Positions 1-10,422 of a DNA stretch of 32,000 bases are shown here, piece after piece. Source of the DNA: Myxococcales bacterium (GTDB lineage: Bacteria; Myxococcota_A; Polyangia; Polyangiales; Polyangiaceae); the NCBI GenBank assembly GCA_947473045.1, contig CANJCO010000014.1, positions 39,118 to 71,117 on the forward strand, written 5' to 3'. Each line of letters starts with the position of its first letter. The stretch's first letter is position 1. The position numbers and the translations under genes are program-made. The notes below the pieces were generated by a model, which worked only from the letters and a program-made list of their open reading frames with translations, did not search any database and was not told the DNA's origin.

Positions 1-113
1 GCGTTGACCAGCGGCCGCTGCGTTATATAGTCCCGCGCCTGAGCGCCTCGGCCGTATGCCGCGCGCCGACGCCGCAAGCGAAACTCGCGCGCGTTGCGTC
101 ACGGAGACTACGC

Positions 114-1391
<1,278 letters not shown>

Positions 1392-1460
1392 TAACCGCTC
1401 CCTAAACCTTCTTCTTATCTCTCCAATTCCAAGACTTATGGCGTCGACACGCAAATATCG

Positions 1461-1490
1461 TTGATTGCACGATTTTCTGCGTGTTATAGT
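1461..1490 (+). promoter_or_regulatory. Sigma70-like promoter candidate (TTGATT-18 nt-TATAGT) in an AT-rich island
   Basis: -35 TTGATT at 1461-1466, 18-nt spacer, -10 TATAGT at 1485-1490. It lies in the only AT-rich stretch between ftsY and the next gene. Motif match only. Confidence 0.35.
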
Positions 1491-1700
1491 GGCTGGTGGT
1501 TTAGCTATAAGCCAAAATCCTCAGTTTTTTGGGGCAGTTACGCAGTCCTCGCACTGTCGAGATCGCCGAGCTTCTTCGCGTAAGGGAAGTGGGGCGGTGC
1601 CACCTAAGGGGTCGCGATGAACTTCAGGATTGAGCCGGCCGGCAGCGCCGGGCGGATCGAACGGAAGCCTGACGAGGCTCGTAACAAACCGGTCGAAAAA

Positions 1701-2660
1701 ATGAGCAAGTGCTTCGCGCTCGCTGCAGCGGCGACGCTGTTGTTGGCACCCGTAAATGCGTTCGCCCAAAAGGGCCCCACCAAAGCCGACGCCCCTGGCG
1801 CTGGGCAGACGCAGGAGCTCGATCTCGATCAGCCTGCCGATGCCAAGCCCGCAGGTCAGGAAGGCACCGCCAACCCGGCGGCTCCGGCCGGCGGCATCTG
1901 CGAAATCGACCCGTCGGCCTGCCCCAAAGGGCAGGATCTCGGCGAGGCGGCCAAGCGGAAGGTCAAGGCGGATATCTACGCGGTGGAGCAGATTTATGCC
2001 CTGCGTTATCATCGCTTTGAGCTCCAGCCCTACTGGAACTTCACCCTGAACGATCAGTTCGTCAGCCACCCGGGACCGGGCTTGGCGATGAACTACTACC
2101 TTACCAACGTCCTCGCGGTCGGTCTCAACGGAAACTTCTATTCCGGACTCAACGTCGACTCGGACTTCAACTTTCAGAACCGCCGCGCGACGCGTGTTGC
2201 GGTTCCGCTGAATGAGTACTCGTGGAGCGGAGCCCTCGACTTCACGTACGTGCCGGTTTACGGCAAGTTCGCCGGGTTTTCGAACTTCATCTTCAGCTAC
2301 GACATCTTCGTTCAGGGCGGCGTCGGCGCGATTTCTACGCGACCCATCCCGGTCATCGACCCTGACAACCGGAAGTTCGACTTCGCTCCGAAGGTCGCCT
2401 TCAATGTCGGCATCGGGCTGCGCGTCTTTCTTACGCGCTGGCTCGCGGCGAACATCATGATCGCCGACTACATCTTCCCCGAGAAGCTTGAGAGCCTGAG
2501 CATCGCACCCGGTCCGGTCGGTCAGCCGAACAACCCGACGTCTCCGTCGAACTCGGCGACGTGGCTCCAGGATGGCGCAAGCGTCACCAACAACGTGCAG
2601 GCGCAGATTGGCATCAGCGTCTTTCTCCCCTTCAGCTTCAACTACAGGCTGCCCAAATGA
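1701..2660 (+). CDS. Secreted outer-membrane beta-barrel-type protein (paralog 1 of a pair)
   Basis: ORF 1617..2660 trimmed to ATG 1701, which gives the signal peptide MSKCFALAAAATLLLAPVNAFA. The mature part is Gly/Tyr/Phe/Asn-rich with an alternating pattern. Shares the block VPVYGKFAGFSNFIF...GGVGA with the next gene (IPFRGKLALFQALFV...GGGAA). Confidence 0.75.
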   Translation: MSKCFALAAAATLLLAPVNAFAQKGPTKADAPGAGQTQELDLDQPADAKPAGQEGTANPAAPAGGICEIDPSACPKGQDLGEAAKRKVKADIYAVEQIYALRYHRFELQPYWNFTLNDQFVSHPGPGLAMNYYLTNVLAVGLNGNFYSGLNVDSDFNFQNRRATRVAVPLNEYSWSGALDFTYVPVYGKFAGFSNFIFSYDIFVQGGVGAISTRPIPVIDPDNRKFDFAPKVAFNVGIGLRVFLTRWLAANIMIADYIFPEKLESLSIAPGPVGQPNNPTSPSNSATWLQDGASVTNNVQAQIGISVFLPFSFNYRLPK

Positions 2661-3523
2661 GGACGACGACGATGCGGCGATTCGTCAAGGCTCTGACTTC
2701 GGCGGCGCTCGGCGCTACGGTCGCGTTCGCGGCCTGCGAGCCGAAGGCTGAAGCCCAGGAAATTCAACTCACGGGGCCCCTCGCGGGAGCCAAGGCCGTT
2801 CGCAAGCTGCGGCTGTATCGCGAAGGACGCTTCGAGATCGCTCCGACGGTGAGCTTCTCCCTGCTCGACGAGTACCGTCGCACCATCATTGGCGGCGCCC
2901 GGCTTCAATACAACTTCACCGACTGGCTCGCAGTCGGCGTTTGGGGCGGCTACGGCTTCGGTTTTTCGACCGACCTCACCGACCAGATCGACACAGTCGC
3001 GCAGCGAAACGCGCGTACCGCGATCAACGTCAATCACACGGCGACGGGAACCGCTCCGTTTGGCGATCAGGTCGGACGGATTTCCTGGGTAGCGTTTCCG
3101 CAAGTCCAGTTCATCCCGTTCCGCGGCAAGCTAGCGCTGTTTCAAGCGCTGTTCGTCGACGCTGACGCCTATGTGTTTCTTGGGGGCGGAGCGGCCGGAC
3201 TACAGGAGCGGCCCGACTGCGGCGCTGCCGGGCAGACGTCTTGCAGCAATCCTTCCAGTTTCACGCTGGGGTCGCGCGTTGCTCCTGCCTTCACCGGCGG
3301 CATCGGCCTGAACTTCTGGTTGGCCGATCTCGTTTCGCTCGGCATCGAGTATCGCGCGATGCCCTTCTCGTGGAACCGCGGCGGGTTCGACTCGCGCGGC
3401 GGGCCGCCCAGCGGGAACTTCCCTGACAACAAGGTCGACTCTTCGGACCAGACCTTCAAGTTCAACCAGATGCTGTCGATTTCGGTCGGCGTAATGCTCG
3501 GCGACCGGAAGACGAGCCCGTAG
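2657..3523 (+). CDS. Secreted outer-membrane beta-barrel-type protein (paralog 2)
   Basis: ORF 2561..3523 trimmed to ATG 2657, which overlaps the upstream stop as ATGA (2657-2660). Signal peptide MRTTTMRRFVKALTSAALGATVAFAA. Beta-strand-like Gly/aromatic composition. Confidence 0.75.
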   Translation: MRTTTMRRFVKALTSAALGATVAFAACEPKAEAQEIQLTGPLAGAKAVRKLRLYREGRFEIAPTVSFSLLDEYRRTIIGGARLQYNFTDWLAVGVWGGYGFGFSTDLTDQIDTVAQRNARTAINVNHTATGTAPFGDQVGRISWVAFPQVQFIPFRGKLALFQALFVDADAYVFLGGGAAGLQERPDCGAAGQTSCSNPSSFTLGSRVAPAFTGGIGLNFWLADLVSLGIEYRAMPFSWNRGGFDSRGGPPSGNFPDNKVDSSDQTFKFNQMLSISVGVMLGDRKTSP

Positions 3524-3543
3524 CACCGGTTCGACTCCGAAAA

Positions 3544-3590
3544 GCGAAGGCCGCTCCCAATTGGGTAGCGGCCTTCGTGCTTTGTTGGGT
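3544..3590. terminator. Bidirectional hairpin terminator between convergent genes
   Basis: Perfect 11-bp inverted repeat, cgaaggccgct (3545-3555) with agcggccttcg (3567-3577). Followed by tgctttgtt on the plus strand and cttttc on the minus strand. Confidence 0.6.
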
Positions 3591-3606
3591 ACCGCGCGCG
3601 CGCCGA

Positions 3607-4365
3607 CTATTTGCGGCGGACTGTGCCGTCGGCCGCGAGCGTGAAGTCACTTGGGACCGACTTTTTGAAGTCGAATCTGCGCTCTTCGACCACCGTCCAG
3701 CCGCGCGCGATGAAGCCCTCGCACACGCGTGCGCGGATGCGAAGGCTCTCTTCGTCGCAGAACATGTCGACGAGTTTGTCGAGGGCTGCGTCGTCTTCCT
3801 GTTTCAGCGTGGCACCGACCGCGTGAAACCGGGCGGGCTCGTTTACGTCGTAGAGAAAATCGGCCACGGCTTCGCGGATGCGCGGGTCGCTGAATTCTTC
3901 GAGCGCACTCAAGATCTGAACCTTCGGGTCGATGAACTTGGCGTACTCGGTGTCCCACTTTGAGAGCCACTCGAGGAGCTCGGCCACGTAGGCCTCTTCA
4001 TCGACGAGGCGCTTGAGAATCTTCATCGGCCACGCCACGCTCTCGGCCTTTGCCGCGTAGGCGCGAATGACCGGCAGGGCGTCGGTGCCAACCTCTACGA
4101 TGCCCTCGAAGGCGATCTGCTTTTCTTCCTGGTCGGTGATCGTAGGATCGATGACAAAGTTGAAGCGTTTGAGCAGGGCGGCGGCGGCCTCGGGCGTAGC
4201 GGCGTCGGCCAGAGCGGCGATGGCTTCCTGCCGATCGTAGTTCTGCGCGCGCTTGTCGGATGCCTTCTCGCCCCAGCGTGCGACCTCTTTCGAGACGGGC
4301 TTGGGCTTTTCGCCGAGCTTATCGGCTTTGTTGTCGCTGCTCTTGAAGAAATCGAAGATGCCCAA
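3607..4365 (-). CDS. Hypothetical acidic all-helical protein (HEAT-like repeats by eye)
   Basis: The ORF runs 3607..4431 from a TTG. I prefer the TTG at 4365 (MGIFDFFKSSDNK...), which has GGAG 9 nt upstream. High third-position GC. No catalytic motif recognised. Confidence 0.7.
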   Translation of the reverse strand: MGIFDFFKSSDNKADKLGEKPKPVSKEVARWGEKASDKRAQNYDRQEAIAALADAATPEAAAALLKRFNFVIDPTITDQEEKQIAFEGIVEVGTDALPVIRAYAAKAESVAWPMKILKRLVDEEAYVAELLEWLSKWDTEYAKFIDPKVQILSALEEFSDPRIREAVADFLYDVNEPARFHAVGATLKQEDDAALDKLVDMFCDEESLRIRARVCEGFIARGWTVVEERRFDFKKSVPSDFTLAADGTVRRK

Positions 4366-4485
4366 GCGTGGCGCTCCAGTGCGGTGAGATGCGCGCAAAG
4401 TGCGGCTCCCCGCCGCTTTTGGCAAGGCCAATCCTCGAAGCGACGCTCAGAGCGCTGCAGGCACGGCGCGAAGATCGGCGCAATC

Positions 4486-5889
4486 TCAGCCGGCGTCGAC
4501 CGGCTGCAGCTTGACCTCTTTGCCGTCGACGCGCACTTCGAAACGAACCTTCTTGCCTTGGTTCGCGGCGGCCTCCTGCTCCATCGACTGAATGCGCGCG
4601 ACGAACGTCGGCTCGGTGATGTGGTCGGTCGGCTCACCAAGACTCTGCTTTGCGGCGATGTATTCGGCGAAGAGGCGCGAGTAATTTCCGTCCGCGGGCT
4701 CATTGCTTGAGCCGGCGTCGGCTTCAGTGGAATACGACGGCGCCGCGGGCGCCCTCGACAGTCGGCCTTGTTCGTCGGTCGAATCTTCCTCGACGCCCAT
4801 CAGCTCGTTGAGCAGTTGGTCGATGCGAAAGGCTACGCCGCCGAGCTCGGCATGGTCGAGATTGAAGCGGCGTTCGGACTGGCCGTTGAGAATGGCGAGC
4901 AGGCCCTCCTCAAGAATACCGATGGGGCGCGTGATGTAGCTGCCGAGGAGCGAACCGGCGACGACGACGAGCAGAACGCCCAGAACGGATACGAAAAGGA
5001 GCGGAGTGGCGAGCGCGGCCGCGTTTTCGATTGTCGTGGTCGGAGCGGCGACCACGATGGCCGAAGAATGGCCGCCGCCGAAGCCTTCGAGTGGCGCAGC
5101 GGCAACGAGCAAGTCCGCGGTCGCGAGAGCGGTCGCGTGGCCGGTGTCGAGGACACTCTTGACCGACGCCTTCGCCTCTCCGCCGACGGCCCCGTCGAGC
5201 GCGGCCGTGTTCGCGGTCGAGCGCGCCACAACGACCTGGGAAGCCTCACCGACGGAGCGAACGACCACGATCGCGCGGCCGGTCGTGCTCTCTGCAACGC
5301 GCGACAGCTCGTCATTGATCGTGAATCCTGCGACGAGCGCGCCGACGATTTGCCCTTTGTCGTCGCGAACGGCCGCGTACGAGGCAAGGTACTGATCGTT
5401 GCGCGAAGGGTTAATCCAGAGGTCTGAGCCGGAGCCGCCCTTTGACAGGACTTCCTTCAGAAACGGATAGGCCGCGCTGACGTCGTCGCCTCGAAGCAGG
5501 TTCGATGCGTTTCGTCCGAGAATTTTGCCCGATGCACCGACCAGAAGGACCAGCGACGGGGTCCCACCGTCGAAGGCCGCGTACGTCTTGGAGGCCGCGA
5601 CAACGGAGTCGCAGAGCGCAGTGGCTGCTTCGCCCGCGGCCGAAGGAACGGCCTTGTTGAGCGCGTCGAGGGTGGCAGGTTCACTGGATTTCGCGGCGAG
5701 CCAGCGTTCGGCGCGCAAGCCGTCGAGCTGCACCCGGGCGGCGGCGCTTTGCGCATCGCGCTTGGCTTCGCCGAGCAGCTGCGACGTGGGGGCCGCCGCC
5801 GTCGTGATCGACGTGCGCATCACGAAATACGACAGCAGCCCGACAATGGCGATGATGGCGGCGTTGACGGCGATGATCTTGTTTCGCAT
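4486..5889 (-). CDS. Membrane sensor-like protein: TM, periplasmic domain, TM, HAMP, short C-terminal domain; no enzymatic output
   Basis: ATG at 5889. TM1 is IIAVNAAIIAIVGLLSYFV, followed by about 270 aa of periplasmic region. TM2 is LLFVSVLGVLLVVVAGSLLG, then a HAMP-like ITRPIGILEEGLLAILNGQSERRF...GGVAFRIDQLLNEL. The C-terminus is YSRLFAEYIAAK...KKVRFEVRVDGKEVKLQPV. Confidence 0.8.
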   Translation of the reverse strand: MRNKIIAVNAAIIAIVGLLSYFVMRTSITTAAAPTSQLLGEAKRDAQSAAARVQLDGLRAERWLAAKSSEPATLDALNKAVPSAAGEAATALCDSVVAASKTYAAFDGGTPSLVLLVGASGKILGRNASNLLRGDDVSAAYPFLKEVLSKGGSGSDLWINPSRNDQYLASYAAVRDDKGQIVGALVAGFTINDELSRVAESTTGRAIVVVRSVGEASQVVVARSTANTAALDGAVGGEAKASVKSVLDTGHATALATADLLVAAAPLEGFGGGHSSAIVVAAPTTTIENAAALATPLLFVSVLGVLLVVVAGSLLGSYITRPIGILEEGLLAILNGQSERRFNLDHAELGGVAFRIDQLLNELMGVEEDSTDEQGRLSRAPAAPSYSTEADAGSSNEPADGNYSRLFAEYIAAKQSLGEPTDHITEPTFVARIQSMEQEAAANQGKKVRFEVRVDGKEVKLQPVDAG

Positions 5890-6114
5890 GCGGCCTCTTC
5901 ATGCCTCCCGAGGTGCCCGTCGCGCAAGACACGGTGGCCCGAACGGAGAGGAGCGATTGCCTGACGCGCGGCGCGAACCTGAGGGCGACCTTCGACCCCG
6001 ATCGGTTGGCGCAACGCGGAAGACGAAAGAAGGCTACCACCCGCAGCGCAAGCGCGGCAACATGGACGAAGGCGTGGCATACGCGGGCTCACGCCGCGGC
6101 CCGCCGGCTCGCTC

Positions 6115-7164
6115 ATGTCCAGACCCCGCTCCCTGCTCGTTGACGACGCCGCGTTTGATCGGCATGTGCCCCTCGCCTACCACCCGGAGCGCCCCGAGCG
6201 GCTCACCGCGGCGCGTGCCGCCGTTGAGGCTGCCGACGTTGATTGGCAGAAGGTGGCGTCACGCGAGGTGACCCCCGAGATCGTCAATCGCGTGCATGAT
6301 GCACGATTTGTCGATGAGCTCGTCGCGCTGCGCGGACAGTCGGCCATGGTCGATCCCGACACGTACGTAAACGAGCACAGCGTCGACGCGGCGCTTCGTG
6401 CAGCGGGTGGCGTTGCGGCCATGGTCGACGCGATGCTGCACGGTCCCGTCAGCACCGGCGTCGCGCTCCTCCGGCCCCCCGGACACCACGCGCGCCGCGC
6501 CGCGGCGATGGGATTCTGCCTGCTGAACAACGTCGCGATCGCTGCCGCACACGCCCGCGCCAGCGGCCTGTCACGCGTGGCCATCGTCGACTTCGACGTG
6601 CACCACGGCAACGGTACGCAGGAGATCTTTTACGACGACCCCGGCGTGCTCTACATCTCTGCGCACCAGTGGCCCTTCTATCCTGGCTCCGGCGCAGCGA
6701 ACGAAGTCGGCACGGCCGAGGGCACGGGGTTCACCGTTAACCTGCCGCTCTCGGCGGGCGGCGGTGACGCTGTCTATCGCGGCGCGTTCGAGCGCGTCGT
6801 GGCTCCTGTGCTCGAACAGTACGCCCCGGAGCTCGTGCTCGTGAGCGCGGGTTTCGACGCCTCTGCCCGCGATCCGCTCGCCGAGATGCGCTTGTCGCCG
6901 CAGGCATTCGGGTTCATGGCCGAGGTGCTCGGGACGCAGGCGCGTCGGTCCGCGAGCGGTCGAATCGCGCTGGTGCTCGAAGGCGGGTACGATCTCACGG
7001 CGATCGAGCAGGGGCTCGCGGAGGCGATCCGCGGAATGCTCGGTACGGCAACGTTCAGCCTGCCCGCGCGCGCCTCGATTCCACCCGGCCTCGCGGTGCC
7101 ACCCAACGAGGCCGACCTCGCTCGCGCAGCGAAATTTGCAGCGCGCACGTGGAAGCTCGCCTGA
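6115..7164 (+). CDS. Histone deacetylase-family (acetoin utilisation / acetylpolyamine-type) deacetylase
   Basis: 349 aa. Motifs PPGHHA, DFDVHHGNGTQ, SAGFDA and EGGY are typical of Zn-dependent HDAC-fold enzymes. Confidence 0.93.
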   Translation: MSRPRSLLVDDAAFDRHVPLAYHPERPERLTAARAAVEAADVDWQKVASREVTPEIVNRVHDARFVDELVALRGQSAMVDPDTYVNEHSVDAALRAAGGVAAMVDAMLHGPVSTGVALLRPPGHHARRAAAMGFCLLNNVAIAAAHARASGLSRVAIVDFDVHHGNGTQEIFYDDPGVLYISAHQWPFYPGSGAANEVGTAEGTGFTVNLPLSAGGGDAVYRGAFERVVAPVLEQYAPELVLVSAGFDASARDPLAEMRLSPQAFGFMAEVLGTQARRSASGRIALVLEGGYDLTAIEQGLAEAIRGMLGTATFSLPARASIPPGLAVPPNEADLARAAKFAARTWKLA

Positions 7165-7296
7165 CGGCTGAGCAGGCCATTGCGGCCGCTGCTCGCGCTG
7201 CGCTCGACGGCGACCGGCGGACGTGCGCGAACGCAGGAGCGTGGGCCATCCGCTGGGCGATCGCGCGCCCTACGGCATCCCTCACCGGCCGGGAAA

Positions 7297-8337
7297 TCAG
7301 TACGCGACGCCCTTGGCAAAATCGGTCGCGATCGCGGCTGAAACCTTGGCGATTTCTGTTGGCGCGCCCACGATGACGCCCAGCTCGCGGTTGGACGCGA
7401 GCGAGTTGTACGTGAAGTTCTCGGAGCCCACGTAGGCCTTCACGCCGTCGACGACGAAGGCCTTCGAGTGAATGTACGGTGTCCCGGTTTTTACCACCGC
7501 GACCTTCGCCGCCTTCAGGTTGTTGACCGCGGCCTGCATTGCCGCCGTCGGCGTTTGATCGGACAGCACTACGCGCACGACCGCGCCGCGCTGCTTTGCA
7601 GCGATGAGCGAGGCCGTAATCTTCGTGTCGCTCAGCGACTCGCCTTCGAGATCGACGGTGCTCTTCGCCGCATCGAGCAAGGCGAGCATGCCGGCCTGCG
7701 CGTTGACCGGCGCGACGAGCAGCTTGCCCGTGATCGTCGGCGGTTTGTGCGCAAAATCAGCCTGAAAGATCGTCTCCGCCTCGGCGACATCTTCCGGGTC
7801 GCTGTCAACCGCGAGAAACTCCCGGTTTTGCGTGGGCGACGACGCCGTGAGGTTCATCGTCATGATCCAGGCGACCTGCCCGTCGATGATGACGCACTTT
7901 TCGTGGGTGTACTGATACGTCGCGGCACCCCACACCACCTTGATGCCAGCCGCGTTGAGCTGCGCGAACTCGACGCCGTTGTCGCTCCCCGCGGAAGGGA
8001 ACGTCTGGTTGAGCACCACACTCACCTCGACGCCAGCTTTCTTGCGGGCGATGAGCGCGTCGATCACCGGCTGCGACGACAGCAGGTACATCGTCATGTG
8101 CACTGACTTCTTCGCGCCCGAAATGGCCGCGATGATTCCGGCGGCGCTGTCGCTGGGCTCGACGATGATCGTCACGTTGGTCGTCGTGCCGGGTGGCCCC
8201 GCGGCGTCGACCCCGTTGCTGGCGTCATCGGGCGCGCTGCCGTCCGCCTCGGCTACCGGCGGGGAGAGCTTGTCACCCGAACATGCAGAACCAAGCGCGC
8301 AGAGCGCCACGAGCGAACAAGCGATTAAGGTACGCAC
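7297..8337 (-). CDS. Phospholipase D-family lipoprotein (two HKD motifs)
   Basis: Only the C-terminal 346 codons of ORF 7297..9045 look real. GTG at 8337 gives VRTLIACSLVALCALGSAC (lipobox). HKD motifs are HEKCVIIDGQVAWIMTMNLT and HSKAFVVDGVKAYVGSENFT. The upstream extension is an Arg-rich shadow. Confidence 0.85.
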   Translation of the reverse strand: MRTLIACSLVALCALGSACSGDKLSPPVAEADGSAPDDASNGVDAAGPPGTTTNVTIIVEPSDSAAGIIAAISGAKKSVHMTMYLLSSQPVIDALIARKKAGVEVSVVLNQTFPSAGSDNGVEFAQLNAAGIKVVWGAATYQYTHEKCVIIDGQVAWIMTMNLTASSPTQNREFLAVDSDPEDVAEAETIFQADFAHKPPTITGKLLVAPVNAQAGMLALLDAAKSTVDLEGESLSDTKITASLIAAKQRGAVVRVVLSDQTPTAAMQAAVNNLKAAKVAVVKTGTPYIHSKAFVVDGVKAYVGSENFTYNSLASNRELGVIVGAPTEIAKVSAAIATDFAKGVAY

Positions 8338-8405
8338 AACCCCCCAGCATACGGGCGAAAGCACGGGGTACCGCAAGACCAAATGAGCGCTAGGGTCGAA
8401 GGAGC

Positions 8406-9206
8406 ATGGAACAGCGGGCGCCGGCGGGTTTTGAGTGGGCGCGCGAAGCGGACGCGTCACCGGCGACCCATTCGATAATCGTCTCGCGCGGCGGCCAGCT
8501 GCTGCGCTGCAAGCGGCTGTCTTCCCGCGCGAACGAAGACGACGGCGCCCGGGCACGGATGGCGCGCGAAGCGTGCATTTTGCAATTACTCGCCGGCCGC
8601 GGAGCCCCCGAGCTCGTCGCGTCCGGACTGGACGCGCACGGCCCCTACGTCGTGATGGATGAGGTCGCGATGCCTCCCCTCTCCAACATTCTTTCACTGC
8701 CGCCCTTGGGATTGGCCGCGTTGATGGGCGTGGCGCTGCGAACCCTGGCAGCGCTCGCACGCGTTCACGAAGCGCGTGACGCAGGCGGTCCGCTCGCGGT
8801 CGTGCACGGCGACCTGAGCCCCGACAACGTGCTCGCGGACGACGCGCGCGCCGTGATTGTCGACTTCGGGCTTTCGGGCTTTCGCGATCAGCCGCTCGTG
8901 CCCGCGGCCGTGTTCGCCGGGACGCTGCGATATGCAGCGCCTGAGCTCGCGCGCGGGGAGCATGTCGACCAGCGCGCCGATGTATTCGCGATCGCTGCCA
9001 CGCTGCTGCACGTGGCCTCGCGGCTGCCTCCGCGCGAGGCGGCATCGGCCGGTGCGATGCTGATGCAGGCAGGGAGCGAGCCGATGGACGGGTACCTCGC
9101 GAGCTGCGCCGGGCGCGTCCCTCGCGAGCTGCTCGCGCTGCTGGCGCCTTGCCTCGCGTTCGATCCGGCGATGCGGCCGGCGTCGGCGGCGACCATCGCG
9201 CGGTGA
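8406..9206 (+). CDS. Stand-alone eukaryotic-like protein kinase domain, atypical (non-RD; possible pseudokinase)
   Basis: 266 aa. Catalytic loop is HGDLSPDNVL, with DFGLSG and YAAPE present and a candidate beta3 Lys in LLRCKRL. No GxGxxG loop. The GGAG lies very close to ATG 8406, so the start is not certain. Confidence 0.75.
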   Translation: MEQRAPAGFEWAREADASPATHSIIVSRGGQLLRCKRLSSRANEDDGARARMAREACILQLLAGRGAPELVASGLDAHGPYVVMDEVAMPPLSNILSLPPLGLAALMGVALRTLAALARVHEARDAGGPLAVVHGDLSPDNVLADDARAVIVDFGLSGFRDQPLVPAAVFAGTLRYAAPELARGEHVDQRADVFAIAATLLHVASRLPPREAASAGAMLMQAGSEPMDGYLASCAGRVPRELLALLAPCLAFDPAMRPASAATIAR

Positions 9207-9228
9207 CCGTGCACGCCGGGGGACCGCC

Positions 9229-10422
9229 ATGATAGACGCGTCAGCCATGAAACAGGCGCACCAGCTCGGCATCGACACCCTCGCGATTCACGCCGGACAG
9301 GAGCCCGACCCGCACAGCGGCGCCGTCATGACGCCGATCGTGCTGTCGAGCACCTTTGCGCAGGATGGTCCCGGCGTTCACAAAGGCTACGACTATTCGC
9401 GCGCGGGAAACCCGACCCGGACCGCGCTCGAAGGCTGCCTCGCCGCGCTCGAAGGCGCCCGCCACGCCATATCGTTCGGCTCGGGCTGCGGCGCAACCAC
9501 CAGCGTTTTGCTGTCGCTCAAAGCAGGCGATCACGTGCTCGTCGGCGACGACGTCTACGGCGGGACGTTCCGCATCTTCGACAAAGTGATGAAGGACTTC
9601 GGCGTCACCGCGACGTTCCTCGACATGACCGAGCCGGCACGCGTGCGGGAGGCGATCCGCAAGGAGACGCGCCTCATCTGGATGGAGACGCCGAGCAACC
9701 CGATGCTCAAGATATTCGACATCGCGGCGATCGCGGAGATCGCAAAAAAGGCCGGTATCCCGCTTGCGGTCGACAACACGTTCGCGACGCCCGTGCTGCA
9801 ACGGCCGCTCGAGCTCGGTGCGACGATGGTCGTGCATTCGATGACCAAGTATCTCAACGGCCACTCCGACGTGGTCGGCGGCTGCGTTATGACGAGCGAC
9901 GAGGCGGTCGGCGAGAAGCTTCGCTTTCTGCAGAAAGCCGTGGGCGCGGTGCCGAGCCCGTTCGACTGCTACCTCGTGCTCCGAGGCCTCAAGACCCTGG
10001 GCGTGCGCGTTCGACAACACGTGCAGAATGCACAGACTTTGGCCGAGTACCTCGAAGGTCACGCGCAGGTGGCGCGCGTGCTGTATCCGGGTCTGCAGTC
10101 GCACCCGAGCCACGCGCTCGCGAGCCGCCAGATGAAGGCGCCCGGCGGCATGATCACCTTCGAGGTGAAAGGCGGACTGCCTGCCTCGACGGCTTTCCTC
10201 AAGGCGCTGGGCATCTTCGCGTGCGCCGAGAGCCTCGGCGGCGTCGAATCACTCGCAGAACACCCGGCGATCATGACGCACGCGAGCCTCACGCCTGAAG
10301 CCAGAGCCGCCCTCGGAATTGGCGACGGCCTCCTGCGCCTTTCGATCGGAATCGAAGACGTGCGCGACCTTCAGGACGACCTCGAAACGGGTTTTGCAGC
10401 GGCTCGCCGCGCCGCCGGTTAG
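9229..10422 (+). CDS. Cys/Met-metabolism PLP enzyme (cystathionine gamma-synthase/gamma-lyase family)
   Basis: 397 aa. PLP-lysine motif HSMTKYLNGHSDVVGG, plus DNTFATP and ESLGGVESL. GGGGGA lies 5 nt upstream of ATG 9229. Confidence 0.93.
   Translation: MIDASAMKQAHQLGIDTLAIHAGQEPDPHSGAVMTPIVLSSTFAQDGPGVHKGYDYSRAGNPTRTALEGCLAALEGARHAISFGSGCGATTSVLLSLKAGDHVLVGDDVYGGTFRIFDKVMKDFGVTATFLDMTEPARVREAIRKETRLIWMETPSNPMLKIFDIAAIAEIAKKAGIPLAVDNTFATPVLQRPLELGATMVVHSMTKYLNGHSDVVGGCVMTSDEAVGEKLRFLQKAVGAVPSPFDCYLVLRGLKTLGVRVRQHVQNAQTLAEYLEGHAQVARVLYPGLQSHPSHALASRQMKAPGGMITFEVKGGLPASTAFLKALGIFACAESLGGVESLAEHPAIMTHASLTPEARAALGIGDGLLRLSIGIEDVRDLQDDLETGFAAARRAAG

Noticed and set aside
8338-9045. N-terminal 236-codon extension of the PLD ORF (7297..9045)
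   Set aside because: Extremely Arg/Ala/Pro-rich and overlaps the kinase-like gene on the other strand. A GTG start at 8337 yields a clean lipoprotein signal peptide.
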